Positions 1 to 10,263 of a stretch of 64,000 nucleotides of DNA are shown in pieces. Each line of letters begins with the position of its first letter. Position 1 is the stretch's first letter. This DNA is from Aggregatilineales bacterium (lineage in GTDB: Bacteria > Chloroflexota > Anaerolineae > Aggregatilineales > J027). The stretch spans positions 3,574,560-3,638,559 of the forward strand of contig CBDCER010000003.1 in the NCBI GenBank assembly GCA_965215855.1. The letters run 5' to 3'. The position numbers and the translations under genes were made by a program. The notes beneath the pieces were generated by a model. It saw nothing but the letters and a program-made list of their open reading frames with translations, did no database searches and was not told the origin of the DNA.

Positions 1-446
1 CACCGGTGTTTGATCGACGTATTCAGCAGATCGCTCGCCACCAAGATCCAATTCGTGCGGTTGCCGGACCGCATCATCCGTTGGCTGGACACGAGGTGCT
101 TTACATGGATGATTTGTACGACCATACGATTTTTCGGGTATCCATGTTTCCACAGATGACAGCTTTCATTGATGCAGTGGTCGAGCGTGGGCGACAGGGC
201 AGCGGTGGGGCGGTCATTGCAATTCCAATGGTTATGGCACGGCGGTTGGTGAGCATGGGCCAGGGCGTGACTTTCTTGCCGCAAAGCTACGTAAAGCCGT
301 CTGTTGAACTGGGCGAATTGGTCTATCTGGAGGTTCAGGATATGCCGCGTTTGATGAGTCAGCCAGTGTTAATCGCGCATAAGGACCGCGAGCTGGATCA
401 GGTTCATCAGGCGTTTATCGAGATTCTGAGCGGACATTGGCGCTGA
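1..446 (+). CDS. LysR-type regulator, C-terminal effector-binding part (5' end outside window)
   Basis: The ORF is open to the left window edge. The sequence looks like a LysR substrate-binding domain (VTFLPQSYVKP, PVLIAHKDRELD). The HTH is missing because the N-terminus is cut off. Confidence 0.55.
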   Translation, partial: PVFDRRIQQIARHQDPIRAVAGPHHPLAGHEVLYMDDLYDHTIFRVSMFPQMTAFIDAVVERGRQGSGGAVIAIPMVMARRLVSMGQGVTFLPQSYVKPSVELGELVYLEVQDMPRLMSQPVLIAHKDRELDQVHQAFIEILSGHWR

Positions 447-531
447 TAATCGTACTTGTATAGCCCTGGATCGACCCCAGCCTTGACTTTCAGGTTACCT
501 GAAGGTTTACGATGTGGGCAGGAGGAAGCTG

Positions 532-1359
532 ATGTTCAGAATCGGTGAGTTTTCAACCATTGCCAGAGTTTCGGCGGTTTTGTTGCGTCACTATGATGAG
601 ATTGATCTGTTCAAGCCCTGCCACATTGACTCGGAAAACGGCTATCGCTACTACTCCATCGACCAATTGCCACAACTCAACCGCATCCTGGCCCTAAAAG
701 ACCTGGGATTTTCCCTGGCGGAAATCGGACGTCTATTGGCTGACAATGTGTCAGCCGAGGAAATTCAGGGGATGTTGATGCTGCGTCAGTCACAGATTGA
801 ACAGGCGCTTGATGAGGAAACCAAGCGCCTGCGTCGGATCAAAGGACGACTGAAACAGATTCAACAAGCAGGTGTTCTTACTCGTCATGATGTGGTGTTG
901 AAGGACATCCCGGCTCAATATTTTCTTTCTATTCGGGAATGTGCCTATTCGATGACAGTTATGGGCCGACTGTACTATGCCATCCTAGATGCCCTCACCG
1001 CGCATCCAGTGGATGGATTAAGCTATCCCATGGCGATGTTTCACGACCCTGTCTTTACGCACGAAGACATTGATTGGGAGTTAGGTTTCCTGGTACGAAA
1101 CACCAATGTTGGGCCAGTCCCAATGCAGGATGGGCGTCAGATGGTTGTGCGTGGATTAGAGGCAGTGGGCAAGATGGCAACCGCGGTTCATGCTGGCCCC
1201 TGGGCCGAAATGCACCTGGGCTATGCGGCTATTGGCTCATGGATCGAGAGCAATAATTACCGCATTGCAGGCCCATCTCGCGAAGTGTATCTCAATCTTG
1301 TTCCTCCCGATAACGACGACAGCTTCCTCGTCGAAATCCAAATTCCTGTTGAACGATAG
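532..1359 (+). CDS. MerR-family transcriptional regulator with GyrI-like effector-binding C-terminal domain
   Basis: N-terminal MerR HTH (FRIGEFSTIARVSAVLLRHYDEIDLFKP...GYRYYS..QL..L..ILALKDLGFSLAEI), then a coiled coil and a roughly 150-aa GyrI-like domain. GGAGGA lies 5 nt before the ATG at 532; the track start at 514 is an upstream GTG. Confidence 0.8.
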   Translation: MFRIGEFSTIARVSAVLLRHYDEIDLFKPCHIDSENGYRYYSIDQLPQLNRILALKDLGFSLAEIGRLLADNVSAEEIQGMLMLRQSQIEQALDEETKRLRRIKGRLKQIQQAGVLTRHDVVLKDIPAQYFLSIRECAYSMTVMGRLYYAILDALTAHPVDGLSYPMAMFHDPVFTHEDIDWELGFLVRNTNVGPVPMQDGRQMVVRGLEAVGKMATAVHAGPWAEMHLGYAAIGSWIESNNYRIAGPSREVYLNLVPPDNDDSFLVEIQIPVER

Positions 1360-1373
1360 AGGAGGAATATCCA

Positions 1374-2624
1374 ATGTCCAATTTAGTGTTGATTGTGTCC
1401 ATATTGTTGTTGCTGGTGTTGGGAACGCATGTACCAGCCACAGCGGGCCGTGCTGTATTCGTATCTTCTGTGATATTGGCTGATGTTGGCAACGCCAATA
1501 ATGGATCAGATCTGGAGGTAACGTTTGAACCGGGTAACGATACAGCCGCTGTGTATCGCGTGGTAATTGCTAAAGCAGATCAGGTAGTTGATTCTGAAAC
1601 TTTGCACTACACGGAGATTGAAGCCAGTGGCGATGTACATGTGAGTGTGCGGCTAGATGCGGGTGCTACAGATACGGATGGTGATCTGATTGTCGAAGGT
1701 GTGGCCTATGTAGCGATAGTTCTAACACTGAGTGAGGTGGACGTGGTGCAGTCCGAACCATCGCCAATCCTGACACTTGCCAACGAAGCGATTGGGCGAA
1801 CAGTGGTTGAGGAACTTCCAGCAGCAACGGGAGGTGTTGCTGTGGATGAGGAAGGCTATATTTATGTTGCGGATATTGGTGAGGCTCCGGCGCGGCATGG
1901 ATCGACGGTTTATCGTGTGTCGCCAGATGGAGCAAGCGTGGAGATTTTTGCTGAGGGATTTGACGGTGCATCAGGCAATGCGTTTGATTCGCAGGGCAAT
2001 CTGTATCAATCTAATATCTCAAGTCGTAGCATCAGCCGCATTACGCCAGAAGGTGAAGTCTCGATTTTCGTGAATTCGGGCCTTTCTGGACCTGTGGGCA
2101 TCACGATTGATGCTGATGATACGCTCTATGTCGCAAACTGTTTCCTGGGATTTGTTCAGCGTGTGACCATTGATGGTGAATCGACGCGTTTCGCCGAAAG
2201 CCCGCTCTTTAACTGTCCGAATGGCATCGCATTGGATGAAGTGGGTAATTTGTATGTGGCGAATTTCTCTGGTGGACATGTATCAAAGATTACGCCAGAA
2301 GGTGAAGTGAGCGACTTTGCGTCTATACCGGGAGGCAATAATGGGCATATTGTCTATCGTGACGGCGTCTTATATGTGGTGGCGCGTGGTTTCAATCAAG
2401 TTTACAGGTTGAGTCTAGAGGGGGAGTATGAATTGTTGGCCGGATCGCGCGAGCGTGGAAATACCGATGGTCCGGCATTGGAAGCATCGTTTTCCAAGCC
2501 CAATGGTCTTGCTTTTAGCCCGGATGGTACATTGCTCTATATCAACGAAATACATGCTATTGAGGGACGCGGCAACATTCCTAGTCGGCTGCGGGTGATT
2601 GTTCTGGCGCGTGATGAATCTTGA
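1374..2624 (+). CDS. Secreted NHL/SMP-30-like beta-propeller protein
   Basis: N-terminal signal-like hydrophobic segment. Repeated motifs of the type GNLYxxN, DTLYVAN and GNLYVANFSGGHVSKITPEGE are typical of NHL-type six-bladed propellers. Confidence 0.6.
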   Translation: MSNLVLIVSILLLLVLGTHVPATAGRAVFVSSVILADVGNANNGSDLEVTFEPGNDTAAVYRVVIAKADQVVDSETLHYTEIEASGDVHVSVRLDAGATDTDGDLIVEGVAYVAIVLTLSEVDVVQSEPSPILTLANEAIGRTVVEELPAATGGVAVDEEGYIYVADIGEAPARHGSTVYRVSPDGASVEIFAEGFDGASGNAFDSQGNLYQSNISSRSISRITPEGEVSIFVNSGLSGPVGITIDADDTLYVANCFLGFVQRVTIDGESTRFAESPLFNCPNGIALDEVGNLYVANFSGGHVSKITPEGEVSDFASIPGGNNGHIVYRDGVLYVVARGFNQVYRLSLEGEYELLAGSRERGNTDGPALEASFSKPNGLAFSPDGTLLYINEIHAIEGRGNIPSRLRVIVLARDES

Positions 2625-2671
2625 TGGGGTAACTCGTTAGCGATGTGAGTATAGGGAGCGTAGTCACAAAA

Positions 2672-2704
2672 AACGGGCGGTATGCGTTTGGCACATCGCC
2701 CGTT
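2672..2704. terminator. Bidirectional hairpin between convergent genes
   Basis: AACGGGCG (2672-2679) pairs perfectly with CGCCCGTT (2697-2704). The stem is flanked by an A-run upstream and GTGGTTT downstream, and it lies between the stops at 2624 (+) and 2731 (-). Confidence 0.5.
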
Positions 2705-2730
2705 GTGGTTTCACTTGAATCTGTTGTGAT

Positions 2731-5088
2731 CTATTCGGCCTGTTCGACCTCTCCCACTTCTGGGAATTGGTCTAGCAAGCTATTGGATTCTTCACGGGGA
2801 TCGCCTTCGGGGAAGACGTCGGTTGATTCTTCTAGGAATGTCAACTGTTCCGGCTCATTGTATGGGCCAGGGTCACCATCGACTTCGATTGGATCGGGAT
2901 CGACCTCGAAGATTTCAAAGTTCTCGTCTTCAGTGTTATTTGAGTGATAAATCACTGTGCGATCTTCGCAACGGAACGTCGGGGCCAAATCATCATAGTC
3001 AGTATTGTCCGTCAAATTCTTGATGATCTCTGTTTCCAGATCAATCGCGTAGACATCAAAATCGTCACCGATATTGGTGTGATAGGCAATGAATGTGTCA
3101 TCTGGCGAGAACAAATGGCTGCCGATGTCTGTGCCGGTATCAGTCAGTTGCGTCTCTTCATCGGTATCCAAATCCATGATCCACAGATCCAGATTGCCAA
3201 ACTCTGACTCGCGTAGCCAGGCCATAGTCGCGCCGTCGTGGGAGACGATAGGTGCAACATCATCCACGTCGTTGTCTGTTAGTTGGGTAACTGCACCGGT
3301 GTCCGGATTTAACTTATAGATTTCCCAGTCGCCATCGGTATCACCCTGGAAGTAGATCTCGCCGGTTGGTGCCCAGAATGGACGTACCTCGTGACCTGGA
3401 TCGTTGGTAAGACGGCGCGGGATTCCATCATCAGCCAGGTTGACGATATATAGATTCCAATCGGCGTCACGGTTACTCTCAAAGACTAGATAATCTTTCA
3501 TTTCTTCGGGACCCCAGACCGGATTGAGGTCGTTGCTGCTGTTGTAAGTCACTCGCTGGAGATCTGTGCTATCTGTGCGAACGATATAGATTTCATGACC
3601 GCCAGCCAAGTTGCGATCTGAGACAAAGGCAACCCATTCACCATCAATCGACTGAGTGGGTTGAATATCGGTACTCTCGATGCCTCTCGATAAATTGAAG
3701 GCCATATTTGGATCACGAACGACTCCACTGAGACGATATATGTCCCAATCGTTGTCGAGTATGTTGTCTTCGTCCAGATTGCTGTGATAGAGAACCCAGG
3801 TTGGGCAAACTGGGCCATTCACCGAAATTGCGGACCATTCCTCACGTTCCAGCCCAGTCCCAGGATCGCCATAGCTGTAATCTGGGATGGGGAAGGGAGT
3901 TTCGCTGGGATCGGGTTCTTCCACTGGTGGTGGAGCACTACCATCGGGCGGCACAACTTCTGGGTCGGGGGGCACAACGCCGGATGGCTGGAATATAGTA
4001 GGCGGATCGTAACCATCAGGCAAAATGCCGGGAGGCAGATTGCCAATTGGATCAAAACCAGCAAACTCTTCTGGATCGATGCCCCAGTCGGTCCATGTAC
4101 CGGTTGCTTGTCCCTCTTCCACTGGGATTGATACCGAATATCCCATTGGGACTTCGACCTCATTGGGAGTGCCAGGATATACAGTTGCTAGCCCTTCACC
4201 AGTTGTCAGCCGCATCAGCTGTTCACTGCGGGTTTGCAGGAAAATTGAGGACTCAACTCGGATCGGCGCACCATTAACGACGATGTCGACGGGCACGCCA
4301 GTGGGATTTTGGAGAACAATCACCGAAGGCGGTGCTTCGTCGGTGCAGTCGGCAGTTGCAATATCGGTCGCGAAATTGAATTCTTGGAAAGGAACCTGGG
4401 GATCGTAAGTAATCACTGGCAAACTGCTGGTATCGTCGCCTATATCATTGCGGTTGACCCAAACAACGTTGTTTTGATAGTAGACGCGGACCCATTCTTG
4501 GTCGGGCGTTGTGGCATCCGCTGGGAGCGAGGTGTCGACAGGTATATCTGCTGCAACATCGGAATCTGGTCCAGGAGAAAAGGTCGCCTCGGTTTGATTT
4601 TGTGTATTGATGGTAACAAGTTCCTCAACAGGTTCGAAGGCGATTTCGGGGTCAACGCGGTTCTGCATAGTCGCATTGCCCATGATTAATATAGTTACCG
4701 GCTCACCGGTTGTACCATGACTTTCGCCGCCCAGATTCAACAGCACAACACCGTATTCGCGTTCTGCTAAATTCAGTTGAGCTGTTTCAAATTCTTGAAC
4801 ATCTGCCAACGCCACAGTGTCTCCCGGTATTTCGAAGGGAGCTGCTTCGGCACCATCATAATAGGTGACCTGAACTGGTCCTGAGCCAAAGCAAGCACTG
4901 TTGCGACCGAGGTTGTTGCAATTTACCAGGTTTTCATGAACTTGCTGAACGAACTGTACACATGCACTGCTTTGATAGTGGTTATGAGGCGGTGGCAGTG
5001 TCATGTCGTGAGCGTCGGAGCGTTGTGGGGATAAGGCCATCCCCACCATCAGGATTATTACAAATGCGAAAATTGCCCGAAAATACAT
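2731..5088 (-). CDS. Secreted 785-aa protein with C-terminal TolB/PD40-like beta-propeller
   Basis: Signal peptide (MYFRAIFAFVIILMVGMALS). The C-terminal half has repeated PD40-like blades (SPDGxxIAF.S.R.G..dIY..d...g....LT). I do not recognise the N-terminal half. Confidence 0.6.
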   Translation of the reverse strand: MYFRAIFAFVIILMVGMALSPQRSDAHDMTLPPPHNHYQSSACVQFVQQVHENLVNCNNLGRNSACFGSGPVQVTYYDGAEAAPFEIPGDTVALADVQEFETAQLNLAEREYGVVLLNLGGESHGTTGEPVTILIMGNATMQNRVDPEIAFEPVEELVTINTQNQTEATFSPGPDSDVAADIPVDTSLPADATTPDQEWVRVYYQNNVVWVNRNDIGDDTSSLPVITYDPQVPFQEFNFATDIATADCTDEAPPSVIVLQNPTGVPVDIVVNGAPIRVESSIFLQTRSEQLMRLTTGEGLATVYPGTPNEVEVPMGYSVSIPVEEGQATGTWTDWGIDPEEFAGFDPIGNLPPGILPDGYDPPTIFQPSGVVPPDPEVVPPDGSAPPPVEEPDPSETPFPIPDYSYGDPGTGLEREEWSAISVNGPVCPTWVLYHSNLDEDNILDNDWDIYRLSGVVRDPNMAFNLSRGIESTDIQPTQSIDGEWVAFVSDRNLAGGHEIYIVRTDSTDLQRVTYNSSNDLNPVWGPEEMKDYLVFESNRDADWNLYIVNLADDGIPRRLTNDPGHEVRPFWAPTGEIYFQGDTDGDWEIYKLNPDTGAVTQLTDNDVDDVAPIVSHDGATMAWLRESEFGNLDLWIMDLDTDEETQLTDTGTDIGSHLFSPDDTFIAYHTNIGDDFDVYAIDLETEIIKNLTDNTDYDDLAPTFRCEDRTVIYHSNNTEDENFEIFEVDPDPIEVDGDPGPYNEPEQLTFLEESTDVFPEGDPREESNSLLDQFPEVGEVEQAE

Positions 5089-5372
5089 AGAAGGTCCCTC
5101 ATACCTGGAAGCTGATCAGACATCACTGCATAGTTACAAACATTTAGACAGGAACATCTATTATATTACGGAAGAGCCGCTATTTTGGCAATTATTAAGT
5201 TTTGTCAAATATAAAAAATTCGTGAAATTGCGTCTTTGCATGGCGTTATTTTAATAAAAGGATGTTGCTGATACCCAAAATCGTTTATAGTTGTGACGGA
5301 TGTTTGGTCGATTCCATTGCTTGGTTAGTGGGTCGGCACAGTATATTTATGTTTGGGGTGATAGCAGTCAAT

Positions 5373-7073
5373 ATGGAACTGGCGCAATATATCCGGCTAT
5401 TTCGGAAATGGCTTTGGTTGTTGGTGTTGGCAGCATTTCTGGGGAGCAGCATCAGCTTTATTCGCACAAATCGCCAGGATCCAGTTTACCGGGCTGAAGT
5501 GACACTGTTTGTGGGCGGATTTATTTCGGATCCCAATCCCGGGTCGAGTGATATATTTACCGGGAAAGAGCTGGCCCAAACTTATGCTGTTCTGGCAACC
5601 AGTTATGATATTTTGGAGGCGACGGTTAATACCGGCGGATTTCCGACAACGCCCGGCGCGTTACGGGGAGCCGTTACGACCTCCATTATTCCCGAAACCT
5701 CGTTGTTAAAAATAACTGTTACTTATGGCGATCCTGTCCTCGCGGCGGATATTGCGGATCAGCTTGCCGAGCAGCTTATCTTAAATAGCCCTGATAGCTT
5801 GACCCCCGAACAGCTTTATCAGGTTGGGTTGTTGCGAGATCAAATTACTAGTGTTAGCGACCAACTGGCATCGGATCAGGAAGAGATCAACCAGATTGCA
5901 GAGCAGTTGGAGGTGGCGAATGAGGAAGGTGCCGTCCAACTTGGTGAACGGCGGGACATTTTGATCGACCGCATCACAACTTCTTCGACGGCCCTGGCCC
6001 AACTGACCAATACGCTGCAATATCTTCAGCGACAAACTAATCAGCTCGAAGTTTGGGAAAGTGCACGTATCCCAGGCGGACCGGTGGGCGGCGGTACTTT
6101 GCGCTCAACCTTAATCGGTGGCGTGGCAGGGGCGGTGCTGGCACTTGGTGGCGTCTTACTGCTTGAGTACCTCAACGATACTATTCGTACTCCTGAAGAA
6201 GCAACGACTGTGCTGGGACTTCCTATTTTGGGAACAATACTTCGTTTTGGGCGGACCAACGACAGCTATCCTCGACGTCTGATTACACATTTACATCCGT
6301 CTTCACCTATTGCCGAAGGTTATCGGGCTTTACGAACTAATTTATTGTTTTCGTCGAACGGCCAAGAGGGCCAAAAACGTGCTTTTGTGGTAACCAGTCC
6401 TGGCCCTGAAGAAGGCAAGACGGTCACAACGGCTAATTTGGCAGTAGCAATGGCGACCGCAGGGTTGCGGGTGTTGTTGGTGGACGCTGACTTGCGCCGA
6501 CCGAAGGTGCATCATATCTTCGATCTGGATAACGAACTGGGTCTGACGACATTGCTGTTTGCTGATCCGGCACGATCTGATGGCCGCGCAGGTCAAGATA
6601 CCAGCAGCCTACCTGATAAATTGCACCAATGCGTTCAAAATACGGCAATTCCGCGCTTGCGGGTTATCACCAGCGGGTTTTCGCCGTCAAATCCCACTGA
6701 AATATTGGGGTCAGCCTTGATGAAGCGTTGGTTTCAGGAATTTGTCTCCTCCAGTGATATCGATGTTGTGTTATTCGACACGCCGCCTGCTTTGGTGGTG
6801 GCTGATGCCTCTGTGTTGGCTGCGACCATTGAAATGCCAGTGATGATGGTGGTGCGAGCTGGGCGTACCCGGCGTACAGCCGCCGTGCGGGTGAAACATC
6901 AATTGGAGACGTTGGGTGTGGACATGGCAGGAGTAACCTTAAACTCACTCAGTTTGTCTGATCAGGGCTATGGTTATGGGTCGAGCTATTACTATTATTA
7001 CTACTATTCCAACGACAAATCAGCTCGACCAACGGGATGGCGGCGTTTTCTTCCCCGTCGCCGCCAACTATAG
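5373..7073 (+). CDS. Polysaccharide co-polymerase (Wzz-like) fused to BY-type tyrosine autokinase
   Basis: Two TM helices flank a coiled-coil periplasmic part. Walker A is SPGPEEGKT, Walker A' is LLVDADLRRP, Walker B is VLFDTPP. The C-terminal Tyr cluster is YGYGSSYYYYYYYS. The start is moved to the ATG at 5373 (MELAQYIRLFRKW); the 37-codon upstream extension in the track looks non-coding. Confidence 0.8.
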   Translation: MELAQYIRLFRKWLWLLVLAAFLGSSISFIRTNRQDPVYRAEVTLFVGGFISDPNPGSSDIFTGKELAQTYAVLATSYDILEATVNTGGFPTTPGALRGAVTTSIIPETSLLKITVTYGDPVLAADIADQLAEQLILNSPDSLTPEQLYQVGLLRDQITSVSDQLASDQEEINQIAEQLEVANEEGAVQLGERRDILIDRITTSSTALAQLTNTLQYLQRQTNQLEVWESARIPGGPVGGGTLRSTLIGGVAGAVLALGGVLLLEYLNDTIRTPEEATTVLGLPILGTILRFGRTNDSYPRRLITHLHPSSPIAEGYRALRTNLLFSSNGQEGQKRAFVVTSPGPEEGKTVTTANLAVAMATAGLRVLLVDADLRRPKVHHIFDLDNELGLTTLLFADPARSDGRAGQDTSSLPDKLHQCVQNTAIPRLRVITSGFSPSNPTEILGSALMKRWFQEFVSSSDIDVVLFDTPPALVVADASVLAATIEMPVMMVVRAGRTRRTAAVRVKHQLETLGVDMAGVTLNSLSLSDQGYGYGSSYYYYYYYSNDKSARPTGWRRFLPRRRQL

Positions 7074-7118
7074 TGTTGCCTGGAACTGGCGATACTTTGC
7101 TTAGTACAGAAGATCGCT

Positions 7119-7808
7119 ATGACCGATGACCTCACACGTCTGCGAACTGAATATGAACGTCGCAAACATCGACTGGCAGGCAGCAATATTTACTCGTTGC
7201 TGAACCTTTCCCATTTATTCATTATTCAACAGCGACAGCGGGCTTTGCGCGATTTGCTCCGAAAGCATGATATCGACTTTTCGGGCAAACGCTTGTTGGA
7301 AGTGGGATGTGGTGGTGGGGATGTGTTGGCAGAGTATATGGCCTTTGGGTTGGCAGCGGACCAGGTTTGCGCGGCTGATCTCATTGAGGATCGTTTGTTC
7401 GTATCGCACACGCGGTTTCCTGCATTGAATTTGGTCTGTGCAGATGGTCAGGCATTGCCATATCCGGACAATAGTTTCGATTTTGTATTGCAATACACTG
7501 TGTTCTCCTCAATCCTCAGCGATGATGTGAAAGCTAAGATTGCTCGCGAGATGATGCGTGTCACGCGCAAACCGCAAGGCGTGATCATCTGGTATGATTT
7601 CTGGCTAAACCCTAAGAATGCCCAAACGCGCGGCGTGCGCCGAGACGAAATCAGCCATTTGTTTCCCGCTTGCGATATTAGTTTGCGTCGGATTACACTG
7701 GCTCCACCGCTCACCCGCCGTTTGGTCGGTATATCGTGGTTGTTATGTGCCATGCTTGAAAGATTGCGAATACTGAACACACATCATCTGGGGATCATTC
7801 GCCCGTGA
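7119..7808 (+). CDS. Class I SAM-dependent methyltransferase
   Basis: Motif I is LLEVGCGGGDVL, with a downstream acidic post-I motif and FDFVL. The size fits the Methyltransf_11/25 type. Confidence 0.75.
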   Translation: MTDDLTRLRTEYERRKHRLAGSNIYSLLNLSHLFIIQQRQRALRDLLRKHDIDFSGKRLLEVGCGGGDVLAEYMAFGLAADQVCAADLIEDRLFVSHTRFPALNLVCADGQALPYPDNSFDFVLQYTVFSSILSDDVKAKIAREMMRVTRKPQGVIIWYDFWLNPKNAQTRGVRRDEISHLFPACDISLRRITLAPPLTRRLVGISWLLCAMLERLRILNTHHLGIIRP

Positions 7809-7815
7809 TAGTCAG

Positions 7816-8418
7816 TTAGCGGAATAGAGCCGTCAGTGTGCGGAGTATAATTTTCAAATCTTGCCATAATCCTGAATGACGTGCATATGCCAGATCGAGT
7901 TGTAGTTTGGCCGGCATGACCTCAGTAATGTAGATTTGTTCCCAATCTTCGCCAACTAACAGTTGTTCTTCGTGACGATAGGTTACCGATGCAGGGCTGG
8001 TGATGCCAGGCCGCACATTCAATACATGGCGCTGCTCATCAGTATATAGGGCTACATAGCGTGGATCTTCGGGGCGCGGGCCGACAATACTCATATCGCC
8101 TTTTAATACGTTGATCAATTGAGGAAGCTCGTCGATTTTGGCACGGCGGAGTAGCCGCCCAATAGATGTTATGCGCCCATCGCTAGCCCCGGTGATGCCG
8201 GGACCGAGCCTGTCGGCATTGATGACCATTGAGCGGAACTTTATGAGTGTGAACTGTGTGCTATCTTTGCCAACGCGGGTGGCACGATAGAAGATTGGCC
8301 CTGGAGAGGTCAGTTTGATAAGGATCGCGACGATAAACAACAAAGGTGATAGCAAAATTAATGCAGCTGTACTCACTACAATGTCAAATATCCGCTTAGG
8401 CATGACTTTATCGACCAA
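7816..8418 (-). CDS. Undecaprenyl-phosphate sugar phosphotransferase (small PglC/WbaP C-terminal type)
   Basis: KRIFDIVVS...LLSPLLF..AILIKLTSPGPIFY...RVGK....F...KFRSM and DELPQL.NVLKGDMS.VGPRP are the hallmark motifs of the bacterial sugar transferase family. An alternative ATG at 8403 would remove the 11-nt overlap with the upstream gene. Confidence 0.85.
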   Translation of the reverse strand: MVDKVMPKRIFDIVVSTAALILLSPLLFIVAILIKLTSPGPIFYRATRVGKDSTQFTLIKFRSMVINADRLGPGITGASDGRITSIGRLLRRAKIDELPQLINVLKGDMSIVGPRPEDPRYVALYTDEQRHVLNVRPGITSPASVTYRHEEQLLVGEDWEQIYITEVMPAKLQLDLAYARHSGLWQDLKIILRTLTALFR

Positions 8419-9655
8419 ACGTTTCCAATATATCGGTCACGGCCCAGATAACATCATCAACATCAGTGTCACTTAATCCAGGGTGCAATGGTAATGAGAC
8501 AAGCCGCTGGTACTCTCGATAAGCTATCGGGAATGTCTCTGGTTGCCAACCATATTTGTTGGCATAGTAAGGATGCAGATGAATCGGAATGAAGTGGACG
8601 CTTGTCCCAATGTTGCGAGCTTTCATTTCGTTGATAAACTGTGCCCGGTCAATTGTTAGGTGTGAGAGATTGAGCCGCAGCACATATAGATGCCAGGCAT
8701 GTTTCACATTGGTACGCGAGATGGGAGTCTGAAGAGCATCGAATTTAGCGAATGCTGCTTGATATTGTGCAACGATTTCGTGACGGCGCATTTGCATGGC
8801 ATCCAGCCGCCTTAATTGCACGCGCCCCATAGCGGCCTGAATATCGGGCATATTGTACTTGAAACCGGGGCTGACGACTTCGTAGAACCATGACCCTGTT
8901 GCAGTATAGCGGTTCCAGGCATCGCGGCTCATCCCGTGCAAACCCAAGACTCGTGCCCGCGCCAATTGTGTTTCGCTGCCCACTAACATACCACCTTCAC
9001 CGGTTGTCAGGTTTTTGGTGGCATAGAAGCTGAATGCGGTGAAATCACCAATGGAACCAATCATTTGTCCATCATAGGCGGCGGGCAGGGCATGGGCAGC
9101 GTCTTCGATAATGGCTAACCCATGCTGATGAGCCAATTCTAGCAGCGGACCCAATTCGACGGGATGCCCGGCAAAATGTACTGGCATTATCGCTTTGGTT
9201 TGTGAAGTAATGATATTTGCCAGTCTATCGGAATCCAATGTCAAAGTCTCAGGATCAATATCGACCAAAATTGGCCTGGCTCCCACATGCTCAATAACAT
9301 TGACAGAGGAACAGAATGTCAAAGGTGTCGTGATGATTTCGTCACCGGGGCCGATTTCGAGCGTGGCAAGCGCCAGGTGCAATCCTGCTGTACAAGAATT
9401 GAGTGCCAGGGCGCTTTCTGCGCCGACATAACTTGCAAACTCGGCCTCGAATTGTTTGGTTTGGGGACCGGTTGTGATCCATCTGGAGCGCAAGGTATCG
9501 ACAACGGCTTCGATTTCTTCGTCGGTAATGTCAGGTGGAGAGAATGGTAGATATGTTTGACGGTGTACTTTGTTCACCAGAAATTTTCCCGCCTCTAAAT
9601 TCAATAAGCTTTGAGGATCCTGTACGAATTGTACCCATACAGTGCCTGATGGCAA
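8408..9655 (-). CDS. DegT/DnrJ/EryC1/StrS-family PLP-dependent sugar aminotransferase
   Basis: Family-typical N-terminus (LPFSPPDITDEEIEAVVDTLRSRWITTGPQTKQFE.EFA.YVG) and the active-site Lys context FSFYATKNLTTGEGG. A GTG at 9577 preceded by GAGGCGGGA is a plausible true start. Confidence 0.85.
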   Translation of the reverse strand: MPSGTVWVQFVQDPQSLLNLEAGKFLVNKVHRQTYLPFSPPDITDEEIEAVVDTLRSRWITTGPQTKQFEAEFASYVGAESALALNSCTAGLHLALATLEIGPGDEIITTPLTFCSSVNVIEHVGARPILVDIDPETLTLDSDRLANIITSQTKAIMPVHFAGHPVELGPLLELAHQHGLAIIEDAAHALPAAYDGQMIGSIGDFTAFSFYATKNLTTGEGGMLVGSETQLARARVLGLHGMSRDAWNRYTATGSWFYEVVSPGFKYNMPDIQAAMGRVQLRRLDAMQMRRHEIVAQYQAAFAKFDALQTPISRTNVKHAWHLYVLRLNLSHLTIDRAQFINEMKARNIGTSVHFIPIHLHPYYANKYGWQPETFPIAYREYQRLVSLPLHPGLSDTDVDDVIWAVTDILETFGR

Positions 9656-9714
9656 CCAGCAATTATGCTAATCTTTCTTGCAAAATTGCTGTCGTTTTGT
9701 GTGAGGTGGATGTC

Positions 9715-9729
9715 GTATAATGATTATAG
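9715..9729. promoter_or_regulatory. Candidate Fur-family (PerR/Fur-like 7-1-7) operator overlapping a TATAAT -10 element
   Basis: TATAAT-G-ATTATA is a perfect inverted repeat (9716-9728), 65-77 nt upstream of the Fur-family gene. It resembles the Bacillus PerR box TTATAATNATTATAA. Confidence 0.35.
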
Positions 9730-9792
9730 TTTCGCCCGTTTACATCATATTCAGGTGCGGCACGTTTGTTATTTTTAATGTAAGAGTGGGAC

Positions 9793-10224
9793 ATGAAATC
9801 ATCTCAACAAATAGTAGATGTTCTGCGGCAACGCGGTGAACGATTGACTCTTCCGCGTCGCCTGGTGATTGATGTTTTATGTCACAGTTCTGAACATCTG
9901 ACATTGAATGATATTCAGGAACAATTGCAGCACGACGAATACCAACTCAGTGAACCCACCGTATATCGCATTTTACAATGGCTTAAGAATCAGGGTATTG
10001 TTTCCCAAACAGATTTAGGGCATAGCCGTGTTGTCTATCAACTTATTGGTGGGATGCCGCACCATCATTTGGTTTGTCTCCAATGTGGGCGTGTCGTGAC
10101 ACTTGATGATAGTTATCTTGACCCTTTGCGTGACAATATTCGTCAGTATCATGATTTTGAACCGCGTATAGATCATATGGCCGTTTTTGGTCTCTGCGCT
10201 GAGTGTCGCGGTATTTCTTTATAG
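9793..10224 (+). CDS. Fur-family metalloregulator (Fur/Zur/PerR-like)
   Basis: Winged helix (LTLPRRLVIDVL...EHLTLNDI) followed by HHHLVCLQCGRV ... FGLCAECR, the two CxxC structural-Zn pairs typical of the Fur family. Confidence 0.8.
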   Translation: MKSSQQIVDVLRQRGERLTLPRRLVIDVLCHSSEHLTLNDIQEQLQHDEYQLSEPTVYRILQWLKNQGIVSQTDLGHSRVVYQLIGGMPHHHLVCLQCGRVVTLDDSYLDPLRDNIRQYHDFEPRIDHMAVFGLCAECRGISL

Positions 10225-10263
10225 TACCCAAAAGCATTATTCTATGTAGTGTAGAACAAGAGC

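Noticed and set aside
5262-5372. 37-codon N-terminal extension of the Wzz/tyrosine-kinase ORF; likewise 59660..59860 on phaE, 60160..60225 on the phasin-like gene, 46231..46311 on the response regulator and 48142..48228 on the PAS kinase
   Set aside because: The extensions overlap upstream genes or AT-rich promoter DNA and encode implausible peptides. Internal ATGs with Shine-Dalgarno-like sequences match the conserved protein N-termini.
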